Positions 25,585 to 35,673 of a DNA stretch of 64,000 bases are shown here, in pieces (the stretch's first letter is position 1; each line of letters opens with the position of its first letter). The translations under genes were made by a program, and so were the position numbers. The stretch is from Malacoraja senta (lineage: Eukaryota), in contig JAXLNO010000039.1 of assembly GCA_038087875.1 (NCBI GenBank), positions 1 to 64,000 on the forward strand, read 5' to 3'. The notes beneath the pieces are model-generated. The model saw only the letters and a program-made list of their open reading frames with translations. It searched no databases and had not been told where the DNA came from.

Positions 25585-26488
25585 GCATCTATGGAGCGAA
25601 GGAAATAGGCAACGTTTCGGCCCGAAACCCTGAAGGAAATAGGCAACGTTTCGGCCCGAAACCCTGAAGGAAATAGGCAACGTTTCGGGACGAAACCCGG
25701 AAGGGTTTCGGCCCGAAACGTTGCCTATTTCCTTCGCTCCATAGATGCTGCCGCACCCGCTGAGTTTCCCCAGCACTTTTGTCTACCTTCGATTTTCCAG
25801 CATCGGCAGTTCCTTCTTGGGCATGTTTCCACGCTGTATTTCTAACATCTTAAAGTCTAAAGTTTCAAAATTGGAGACTGGTAGTTGGAATGGAGGGAAT
25901 ATGGAACACATGTAGGCAGAGGAGATCAGTTTGGCATCCTGTTTGGCACAGACATGGTGGACTGAAGGGCCTGTTCCTACACCGGAACTGTTTGCTGTTC
26001 GAAGTAATCCTGGGTCATTGACAGATTTTTGTTGCTGGAAGTATTGATGGACACAGATCAAAGGTAGGCACTGAATTTGAGCAACAGATCAGCTTTGATG
26101 TAACGAATTGGAGCAACTCTGGATAAAAAGACCATGTAACTATCGCCCGGCCTTTAGTTCAATGCCAGGACCTGATGATAGAGTAGCAAAAGCTGGTAAT
26201 TGGTAATCTGGATATGCTTAGATGATGATTGGAATACTTGGCTTCCTCCTCAAAGGATTGGAGAGAATTTTGTTTAGCTGCACAGACATTGGCTTTTAAC
26301 CTTGCAGAAAACAGTATCTTCAAACAGCCAGAGAAAGTTGATCTTCTCTCTCCGTCACTAAACGCCTCTAAGCCTGTGTCCTTCAACTTCTGCTCTCCAG
26401 TCCATCTGTCTTTAGTTTAGAGATACAGCATGGAAACAGGCTCTTCAGTCCACACCAACAAGCGACCAACTGTTCACAGTAGTTCTAT

Positions 26489-26542
26489 GAGGTGGGAGAT
26501 TGCAGCCTTCACGTGGTCCACCCTGCTTCGACGAATGCAATC
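26489..26542 (+). ncRNA. HDV-like (CPEB3-type) self-cleaving ribozyme, minimal P4
   Basis: P1 GAGGUGG/CCACCCU (G1.U wobble, one A-C mismatch), J1/2 GA, P2 GAUUGCA/UGCAAUC perfect, P3 GCC/GGU, L3 UUCACGU (as in the CPEB3 ribozyme), G for P1.1, stub P4 CUUCGA, J4/2 CGAA with putative catalytic C at 26532. Confidence 0.8.
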
Positions 26543-26630
26543 AACTCGACGTGCACAAACAAGATCAACTAGAACAAGGTGACCTGCAGCTTTAGGCTGT
26601 GCACGCCATACATACGCAAGAAGAAGAAGA
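26489..26630 (+). mobile_element. Ribozyme-headed short retroposon (non-autonomous non-LTR element), copy 1
   Basis: TSD tagttctat at 26480-26488 and 26632-26640; HDV-like head; inverted arms cgtgcaca/tgtgcacg; tail catacgc(aag)4; inserted into a V-SINE. Confidence 0.85.
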
Positions 26631-27582
26631 CTAGTTCTATGTTATCCCACTTTTGCAGCCACTCTCCACACGCCAGGGGCAATTTTACAGAGGGGCCAAT
26701 TAACCTACAAAACCCGCACGTCTTTGGGATGTGGGAGGAAACTGGGGCACCCGGAGGAAACCCACGCAGTCACAGGGAGAGTGTGCGAACTCCACATAGA
26801 CAGCCCCTGAGGTCAGGATTGAACCCAGGTCTCTGCGGGGGGGGGGGGGGAGGGTGGGATGAGGCAGTGGCTCCACCAGCGGTTACTTGTACTTTCATGG
26901 TTAAGGCACCTCCTTTTTTACAGTTTAAGAAGGAACTGCAGATGCTGGAAAATCGAGGGTAGACAAAAGTGCTGGAGAAACTCAGCGGGTGCGGCAGCAT
27001 CTATGGAGTGAAGGAAATAGGCGACGTTTCGGGTCAGGTCGAGTCTGAAGAAGGGTCTCGATCCGAAACGTTGCCTATTTCCTTCGCTCCATAGATGCTG
27101 CCTCACCCGCTGAGTTTCTCCAGCACTTTTGTCTACCCTCCTTTTCTACTGTGTGCTTACACATTGTTTTTGCATTGAGAGGGCTGAGAGGAAGAGCGAA
27201 ACATAGAAACTAGGTGCAGGAGTAGGCCATTCGGCCCTTCAAGCCAGCACCGCCTTTCAACATGATCACGGCTGATCATCCAGAATCAGTAACCCGTTCC
27301 TGCTGTCTACCCACATCCCTTGATTCCATTAGCCCTAAGAGCTATATCTAACTCTCTCTTGAAAACATCCAGTGAATTGGCCTCCACTGCCTTCCGTGGC
27401 AAAGAATTCCACAGATTCACAACTCTCTGGGTGAGAGAGAGAGAGAGACCTAGTTACTCCAGCATTTTGTGTCTATAAACCTATTTCCCTCTGGTCTTGT
27501 ATTATAGGTTCTAGGTGAAAACACGATGGTAGTTTGATCTCAACAACCATTCCTTGCCTTTCCCCCTTGTCTCTCACTCCAG

Positions 27583-27731
27583 GTTCACCTGGACACCCAG
27601 GAGATCGAGGAATGGTGGGGCCGGGGGGCGCACCGGGAGCCCCTGGCCCACGGGGTCCCAGGGGCCACATGGGTCCAATGGGCCCCACCACTGATCTGCT
27701 CTCCGTAAAGCGAGGGAGGCGAGGCCCAGTG
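27583..27731 (+). CDS. ccbe1: CCBE1-family gene, collagen domain 1 exon, phase 1-0
   Basis: Acceptor ctctcactccAG, donor GTgagt at 27732; GSPGHPGDRGMVGPGGAPGAPGPRGPRGHMGPMGPTTDLLSVKRGRRGPV (Gly-X-Y run, then CCBE1-like GRRGPV). Confidence 0.95.
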
Positions 27732-28613
27732 GTGAGTGTTGCAGTGCCTCACGACAAAGGGTGCGAATCTCGGCCGTGGGTTCAAAACCATCACTTGGAC
27801 TTCCAGTGCAACTTTCAGAATGAACCTAATTCACCAAGTTAATTCCCAGGATGGTGGGACTGACATATGATGAAATAATGGGTCGACTGGGCTAGTACTC
27901 AGTACTAGAATTTATCCTGTACATCGGTGAGACCAAGCTTTTTTTTTTTCACTCATGGTGTTGCCAGCTTAGTTTTGGAACAGCTCCATCCAAGACCACA
28001 AGAAATTGTAGCGAATTACGGTTGCAGGCCAGACCATCGCACAAACCAACCTCCCTTCTATTGACTCCATTTATACCTCACGCTGCCTCAGCAAGGCCAG
28101 CAGCATAATCAAGGACCAGTCGCACCCCGGCCACTCCCTCTTCTCCCCTCTCCCATCGGGCAAAAGGTATAGAAGTGTGAAAACGCACACCTCCAGATTC
28201 AGGGACAGTTTCTTCCCAGCTTTTATCAGGCAACCGAATCATCCTACTACAACCAGAGAGCAGTCCTGAACTACTATTTACCTCATTGGTGACCCTAGGA
28301 CTATCCTTGATCGGATCATGCTGGCTTTACCTTGCACTAAACGTTATTCCCTTATCATGTATCTGTACACTGTAAACGGCTCGATTGTAATCATGTATTG
28401 TCTTTCTGCTGACTGGTTAGCCCGCAACAAAAGCTTTTCACTGTACCTCGGTACACGCGGCAATAAACTAACCTGAACTGAACTGAAATAAGCTACTCTG
28501 ATCCCTGGGGAGATTTGCACAGGCTTCCTTCCCCAATGCAGTAACTTCCCATTGCAAGTTGTGCTCTCGGATGTAAATATTATACACTTTATACATATCT
28601 TTTTCATTTCTAG

Positions 28614-28649
28614 GGTGCACCTGGGACTTTAGGGAAGAATGGAATGAAG
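28614..28649 (+). CDS. ccbe1: CCBE1-family gene, 36-nt collagen micro-exon
   Basis: Acceptor tttttcatttctAG, donor GTacgg; GAPGTLGKNGMK (4 Gly-X-Y triplets), matching recalled CCBE1 GPPGAPGRDGSK. Confidence 0.9.
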
Positions 28650-29434
28650 GTACGGTAATATTTAGACTCTCGACTTTAGAGATTGCAGCATGGAAACGGG
28701 ACCTTCGGCCCACAGAGTCCACGCCGACCCGCGATCACCCCTGTACACTAGCACTATCCTACACACCATGGACAATTTACAATTTTGCATAAGCCAATTT
28801 ACCTACAAACCTTTGGAGATATTCATCAAAATGCTGCCAAGTTGAATATAACAGACTATTTTACGTACTAAATGATACTGATTCATGATGGTTCGGAACA
28901 GCAAAGTGGCTTGCTTGGGTATTGGAGAGGGCAGTGAAGCAAGGAACTAGATGCTGGAAACTTGAGCAAAAGCCAAAGTGCTGGAGTAACTGAGCAGGTC
29001 AGGCAGCATCTCTGGAGGACATGGATAGGCGATGTTTCAGAAGAAGGGTCCCAAGAAGAGTTTCAGAAGAATGCTGTGGAGGCCAAGTCAATGGATATTG
29101 TTAAGGCAGAGATAGATATATTCTTGATTAGTATGGGTGTCAGGGGTTATGGGGAGAAGGCAGGAGAATGGGGTTAGGAGGGAGAGATAGATCAGCCATG
29201 AATAAATGGCAGAGAAGACTAAGTCTGCTCCTGTCACTTATGAGCTGAAGACCTTATGTTTGTTTTAATTTAGTTGCTGCTGTTGAAGGAGTATCTTCTA
29301 TTTAGAATGAGTTCCATTGGTGATAAGGCAATTCTGTTCTCAAAGGCCATGAAACAAACCTGGGAAAGATGACTTTGTTTGCATATGGTTTATGTGACAA
29401 CCATTAACTTGTAAACCTTGCTGTTGCTTTCCAG

Positions 29435-29470
29435 GGTGACCGGGGACTGCCTGGCCCAAGGGGACTACCG
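29435..29470 (+). CDS. ccbe1: CCBE1-family gene, second 36-nt collagen micro-exon
   Basis: Acceptor gttgctttccAG, donor GTaaga; GDRGLPGPRGLP, matching recalled CCBE1 GERGAPGPRGSP. Confidence 0.92.
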
Positions 29471-29499
29471 GTAAGAGAACCGAGTGTGCCTTAATGTAA

Positions 29500-29745
29500 G
29501 GTAGACAAAAATGCTGGAGAAACTCAGCGGGTGAGGCAGCATCTATGGAGCGAAGGAAATAGGTGACGTTTCGGGTTGAGACCCTTCTTCAGACTGATGT
29601 GGGGGTGGGAGGGGGGGGGGAAGAAGAAAGGAAGAGGCGGAGACAGTGGGCTGTGGGAGACTTGGGAAGGGGAGGAGAAAGAGGGAGAAAGCAGGGACTA
29701 CCTGAAATTGGTGGTCAATGTTCATACCGCTGGGGTGCAAACTTA
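29500..29745 (-). mobile_element. PLE 3' end (GIY-YIG C-terminal remnant, 3' UTR, hammerhead-bearing repeat)
   Basis: Homologous to 16065-16400, with hammerhead motif at 29565-29592(-). Similar PLE 3' ends at ~14880-15260(-), ~18235-18770, ~20905-21270(-), ~50117-50330(+), ~56380-56660 and ~61030-61385(-). Confidence 0.75.
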
Positions 29746-30049
29746 ACGTAATGTGCTTTTCAGTCAGAATCATTTTTCCTAGGGTGGTCATATGAAAGAC
29801 TAGAGGGCATCGCCTTAAAATGAGTGGCAAAGTTTTAAGAGAACCCTTGCCAAACTCATGTTTGGTGTTTTCAATTGTCGCACTCCTCACATTCTCACTG
29901 CCTGTATATGTGTGAAGTGTTTCCTTACATCGGGACAGAAGGAAGGGGAAATATTGAGAGCTGAGAGGAACATTCAGTGAAACAAGTGCGTAGGAAGGAA
30001 CTGCAGATGCTGGTTTGAAACCGAAGATAGACACAAAAAGCTGGAGTAA

Positions 30050-30286
30050 AGGTCCTGTCCCACTTTCACGACCTAATTCACGACCTCTGCCGAGTTTGCC
30101 CTTGACTCATACTCACAGCATGGTCGTCACGAGGTCGTAGGAGGTCGTAGGTAGGTCGTAGCAGGTCATAATGCTAGTCATAGGTACTCGTGGCATCAAG
30201 TAGGTCGGGGCGTTTTTCTAGCCTGATGAAAAATGTCCACGAGTAAAAAACGTCGTGAATTAGGTCGTGAAAGTGAGACCGGCCCT
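30050..30286. mobile_element. PIF/Harbinger-type MITE, subfamily C, inserted in a PLE repeat
   Basis: TIR cctgtcccactttcacgacctaattcacgac; TAA TSD splitting ctggagTAActcagcggg; second copy at ~41424-41621 in opposite orientation. Confidence 0.88.
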
Positions 30287-32003
30287 TAACTCAGCGGGAC
30301 AGGCAGCATCTGTTCAGAGAAGAAACAGGTGATATTTCAGGTCGAGACCCTTCTTCAGGCTGGCGGCTGAAGTCTGAAGAAGGGTCTCGTCCCGAAACAT
30401 CGCCTGTTCCTTTTTCTCCTGAGATGCTGCCTGTCCGGCGAAACAAACCGAAGTTGGAACGTTGCAGGCAGGTAAGGTATGGTGGGTGGTTTCTGGGATG
30501 AATGTAAATGCTCCATAGATTTCCAAAGAAGCTTGACGGACTATAAAGAATATAAATAGGCATAACCAGCCATGTCACAATAAATATAAAGACTTGGCTT
30601 CCCTAATCCTCTAGCACACACATTCCCTCTCCCACACCTCTAGCTACGAAGCATGGCAACACTCTGAGACTGATCCAAATCATTTGCAACCTTGGTGTGG
30701 GATTTCATAGTCAGATCAGTTGCAGGGCATGTCTCCACACCATCAGTGTCTCCACCCATCCCCACCTCTGCCCCTATCTCTGCCTCAGCTCGTCAGCTAC
30801 AGAAACCCTCATCCACGTTTCGTTACCTGGCTATAAACATCGATTCGTGGCTTGCGTCCCATGGATTATTCCCTCTGCAAACTAAAACTCAAAGGGACTC
30901 GACCCCGAAACGTCACCCATTCCTTCTCTCCAGAGATGCTGCCTGTCCCGCTGGGTCACTCCAGCAGGGTTTGTGTCCATCTTCGGTGTGTGATGAAAAA
31001 TGTCCAAATGTCCGACACAGAAACTCTGCTGCCCCCACGCACGGAACTGCATAATTCTGCACTGCAGGTGGGACACCTTCCTCCATCCTCGGCAACACTT
31101 GCACAAAAGCAACAGCTGCTGCACCTGGAAATACTTTGATGCGACTTTGATGTTACACATCATAGATTGCTAACATGCACAGGTGCCTTTAACTTCAGCA
31201 CAGGAAGTCTAAGAAAGCATTAAAGGTAAAACAACAACAGGAATGGAATTTGCAGCAGGTAGGGGGAAAAAAAAGTCAGGTTTTCTCTGTGTCTGAACAT
31301 TGTGCAAATGTGAGTATAGGGAGGAACTGCAGATGCGGGTTTAAACCGAAGAGAGACAAAAAAAGCTGGAGTAACTCAGCGGGATGGGCGGCATCTGTGG
31401 AGAAAAGGAATAGGTGACGTTTCGGGTCGAGTCCCTGAGTCTCAGTCTGAAGATGGATCTCAACCTGAAAAGTCACCTATTCCTTCTCTCCAGATGGTGC
31501 CTGTCCTGCTGAGCATTTTGTGTTTATCTTCGTGCAAATGTAACCACTGAAGACGCACTGTGCGTGTCAAGAAAATTGGTGCGGAGACGGCCTTTTGGGG
31601 TCAAAGATACCAGTTGCATTGGAGACACAAGGGGAACTGCAGATGCTGGAATCTGAGCAAAATATAAAGTGCTGGAGGAACTCAGCGGGTCAGGCAGCAT
31701 CTGGGGAGGGAATTGGACAGTAGTTCTTTTTGATTCGTCTTAGACTAGATGAGCGATGTTTCAGGTCAGGACCATTCTTCAGACAGAAAGGCGACGTTTC
31801 AGGTGGAGACGCTTCTTCACGCTTGCATTGATGTGTTTCATGGGCGGACTGGAATCTGAATCAAAGTAGTGGGGGGTGGAGGAATCGAAGCGTTTCCTCA
31901 TGACATTCAAAACCCTAAAATGTTGCGTTAACCCAATGTTGTCCAATACATTAGAAACTGACCACGTATGGCCAAGAGGGAATCCAAATGTGGTTAACTG
32001 CAT

Positions 32004-32141
32004 GGTACACAAATATGCTGGAGAAACTCAGCGGGTGCAGCAGCATCTATGGAGCGAAGGAGATGCTGCTGCACCCGCTGAGTTTCTCCAGCATTTTGTG
32101 TACCTTCGATTTTCCAGCATCTGCAGTTCCTTCTTTAACAC
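32004..32141. mobile_element. Short palindromic PLE-derived insertion with 15-bp TSD
   Basis: TSD tgtggttaactgcat at 31989-32003 and 32142-32156. Confidence 0.85.
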
Positions 32142-32942
32142 TGTGGTTAACTGCATATCTGACTACTAGAGAAAAGAAATGAGCAAAATCCACCATTGCT
32201 GGAATTTAGTTTAATTTAGTTTAGTTTAGAGATACTGCGTGGAAAATGGGTCCGTTGGCCCACCGTATTCTCGCCGAGCAGCGATCCACGCTCTCTAGCA
32301 CTATCCTACGCACACTAGGGACAATTTTCAATTTTACTGAAGCCAATTAACCTACAAACCTGTACGTCTCTGGAGTGCGGGGGAAGCCGAAGATCCCGGA
32401 GAAAACCCACGCGGGTCATGGGGAGAATGTACAAACTCCGTAGTGACACCACCCGCAGTCAGGATCGAACCCGGGTCTCTGGCGCTGTTGGTATTTTGTT
32501 GGTTCACATGCTTGATCAATGGTGTTTTATTATTAATGTCTTATTATTATTAATGTTTAGCGTTTTCTGAGTCATTCGTAACTGTCACTGTGTGTCATGT
32601 TGTTACTTGTGGGCGGAGCACCAAGGCAAATTCCTTGTATGTGAATACTTGGCCAATAAACGTACTTACTTACTTACTCTACCGCTGCGCCACCGTGCCG
32701 CCCCGCGTATATGCCGATATTATTCAGAGGTTAGAATGATTTGACTAAAGACATAAAGGGAAACAGATCGGGTGGAAAGAGGTAGAATTTCGGTTGATTA
32801 GAGCATCTCGGACAGCCCCTAATTCATAGGGTGGTGTTGTGTAGTGTTCAACAGTCTGATGATTGTTGGGAAGAAGCTATTCTTGAACCTGAATATTCTT
32901 GGATTGATGCGTTATTGGGTTTTGGATCTTTTCATTTTGCAG

Positions 32943-33134
32943 GGTCCACCTGGGTCATTTGATTTCCTGCTGCTGATGATGGCGGACATCAGACACGATA
33001 TCATCGAACTGCAGGAGCGGGTGTTTGGGGAACGGCGGGGTATCACTCTCGACACGCTGCCCTGGGACACACAAGACATGGGGTCTGGCCAAGAGGAGAT
33101 GGTTCCCACAGAGTCCTCCAGTCGCAACAGGTGA
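32943..33134 (+). CDS. ccbe1: CCBE1-family gene, last coding exon
   Basis: Acceptor tttcattttgcAG; GPPGSFDFLLLMMADIRHDIIELQERVFGERRGITLDTLPWDTQDMGSGQEEMVPTESSSRNR-stop. The GPPGSFDFLLLM motif and the acidic D-x-G-S-G glycosaminoglycan-attachment-type motif are CCBE1 hallmarks. Confidence 0.96.
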   Translation, partial: GPPGSFDFLLLMMADIRHDIIELQERVFGERRGITLDTLPWDTQDMGSGQEEMVPTESSSRNR

Positions 33135-34231
33135 CCACACCTTCTCTGCTCCACCCTAGGCTCCATGGCCTCATTGTATTCCTCTGAGAGTTAGTCGGAT
33201 CAATCAATATCCATGGATCGTGCCACAAACTACTTGTCGAAACAAAATGAATGTACCATGCTTCGCTGCCACTTGTTTCAAAGATGGGAAAGTTAACCTG
33301 CGTTGATCCCACTGACAGACCAGTCCTTTATCACTCTATCCTCTATTGCTTACCTCAATCATTAACAACACCATCCTTCTTTACAAAGATTCACTGCGTA
33401 TCTTCATAGGAGCAGAATTAGACCATTCGGACCATCGTGGTTGATCAATTTGTCCCCATTTTCCTGCCTTCTCCCCGTAACCTTTGACACCCTTGCCAAC
33501 CATGAATCCAGTTCCTCGCCGACCCTGTATCTCACCTGTTGACGTTTCATCCGACAGTCTGGATCTGATCCTGACCCAAAGCTTTCTCGCTACACTCTCT
33601 TTTAGACCTCGTCTGCGGCCACTTCTACCAACAAATCCTGTACAAATGAATGTCTTATTTTGCTGAAAGTTTGTTGTAAATAGCTGCTAGCTGATTTATG
33701 CTCTTGTTGGTTGGTTAATATCAGTCTTAGCTCAATGGTTAGCACTCACTGAGTTAAGAGACTTAACTCACTGCTATCAATCCCACTGCTAACATTTCAA
33801 TGTAGATTTTTACAGGCTGATATATTAACGCAGAATATGCCCTCAATTACATGTGGTACTGAGGAACTGTAGTCCTTGTTGCATTTCACACACTATGCTT
33901 TACAGAGGTTTTTTACTGTGGACTTGGAACACGCAGGCAGTTTCCCAAAACTTGTGTATAAATATTTCTTTGTAAAGTGTATGTAGAATTTTAGATTGTC
34001 ACAGCCCCAAAGGATGTCTTTCACCCAAAGTAGACTCAAAGTGCTGGAGTAACTCATCGGGTCAGGCAGCATCTCTGGATAGGTGACATGTCGGGTTGGG
34101 ATCTTTCTTCAGACTGATCCTATCAAATATCTCCTCCACATGTTCTCCAGAGGTAGTGCCTGACGCACAGAGTTACTCCTGCACTTTGTGTCTAATTTTG
34201 TAAACCTGCATCTGCAGTTGCTTGTTTCCAA

Positions 34232-35363
34232 TGGGCCTGTCCCACTTAGGCGATTTTTTCGGCGACTGCCGGCGACTCTCATAGTCATAGCAGGTCAACC
34301 TACCTCTTAGTCGACGTCAAGCTACGGCAAGCTACCGACAACCGGCGACCAATTAGGACGTCCACCTACGATAACCTACGTCCACCTGCGACAAGCTACG
34401 ATAAGGTGAGACCATTCAGTCGCCGGTACCTGTCGGCGGTTGACGTAGCTTGATGTAGGTAGTCACAAATGGAATTCATCGAAGTCAGCACCAGCGACAA
34501 CCTTCGTCATCCGGGTGACAACCTACGTCATCCTGGTGACAACCTACGTCAGGCTACAGTCGTTGGCGTCAAGCCCACGGGCGGTGACTGTCGCCAAAAA
34601 GTTTTGAACATTTCAAAATCTAGTGGCGAGTTTCTTCTGCAGTTGTATAGGACTCTGGTGAGACCACATCTGGAGTATTGTGTACAGTTTTGCTCTCCTA
34701 ATTTGACGAAGGACATCCTTGTGATTGAGGCAGTGCAGCGTAGGTTCACGAGATTGATCCCTGGGATGGCGGGACTGTCATATGAGGAAAGATTGAAAAG
34801 ACTAGGCTTGTATTCACTGGAGTTTAGAAGGATGAGGGGGAATCTTATAGAAACATATAAAATTATAAAAGGACTGGACAAGCTCGATGCAGGAAAAATG
34901 TTCCCAATGTGGGGCGAGTCCAGAACCAGGGGCCACAGTCTTAGAATAAAGGGGAGGTCATTTAAGACTGAGGTGAGAAAAAAAAAATTCACCCAGAGAG
35001 TTGTGAATTTATGGAATTCCCCTGCCACAGAAGGCAGTGGAGGCCAAGTCACTGGATGGATTTAAGAGAGAGTTAGATAGAGCTCTAGGGGCTAGTGGAG
35101 TCAAGGGATATGGGGAGAAGGCAGGCACGGGTTATTGATAGGGGACGATCAGCCATGATCACAATGAATGGCGGTGCTGGCTCGAAGGGCCGAATGGCCT
35201 CCTCCTGCACCTATATTCTATGTTTCTATGTTTCTATGACCAGAAAAAAGGTACGACTCTTTGGGCAACTGAGGAGACCATACAGGCGACACCCCGACGA
35301 CCATGTGGCGACAGCCTAGTCGCCTGTAGTCGCCTAAAAAATCGCCCAAGTGGGACAGGGGAA
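34232..35363. mobile_element. PIF/Harbinger-type MITE, subfamily D, interrupted by a CR1 LINE fragment
   Basis: TIR gcctgtcccacttaggcgatttttt / aaaaaatcgcccaagtgggacagg; a partial copy at ~25350-25496 shows the uninterrupted junction. Confidence 0.82.
34636..35237 (+). mobile_element. CR1/HER1-type LINE 3' fragment nested in a MITE
   Basis: LQLYRTLVRPHLEYCVQFCSP...RRMRGNLIETYKI; (tatgtttc)n tail. Confidence 0.9.
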
Positions 35364-35667
35364 TAAGTCTTTCACCCACACTGTGGTGCATAAACTTCAG
35401 TCTGCTTCTTTGGAGTTTCCGTTTCCCGTCTGTTTCAACATTTGCGGTTGCTACTCCACTTCAAATGTGATTTGTTGTATAGTCTCGTTGTGACATTTTA
35501 AGGAGCATTGTAAATGCGGAGGATTTATATGGAAAAGATCTGCACAATTTCCATTACTCGGCAGTTTACACGGCACCCGATACAGTGTTCAAATGCTGAT
35601 TGATGTTTAACATTCAAATGACTGCACAACCCTCTGTTATTTTTAACAAAAATGGCTAGCCCCGTTT

Positions 35668-35673
35668 AATAAA
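35668..35673 (+). terminator. Candidate polyadenylation signal of the CCBE1-family gene
   Basis: AATAAA in unique sequence, followed ~20 nt later by a GT-rich tract (ctttgtgtgtgttc); an alternative AATAAA lies at 36548-36553. Confidence 0.45.

Noticed and set aside
34469..35065. 198-aa ORF with DNLRHPG repeats
   Set aside because: MITE internal repeats fused to a nested CR1 fragment.
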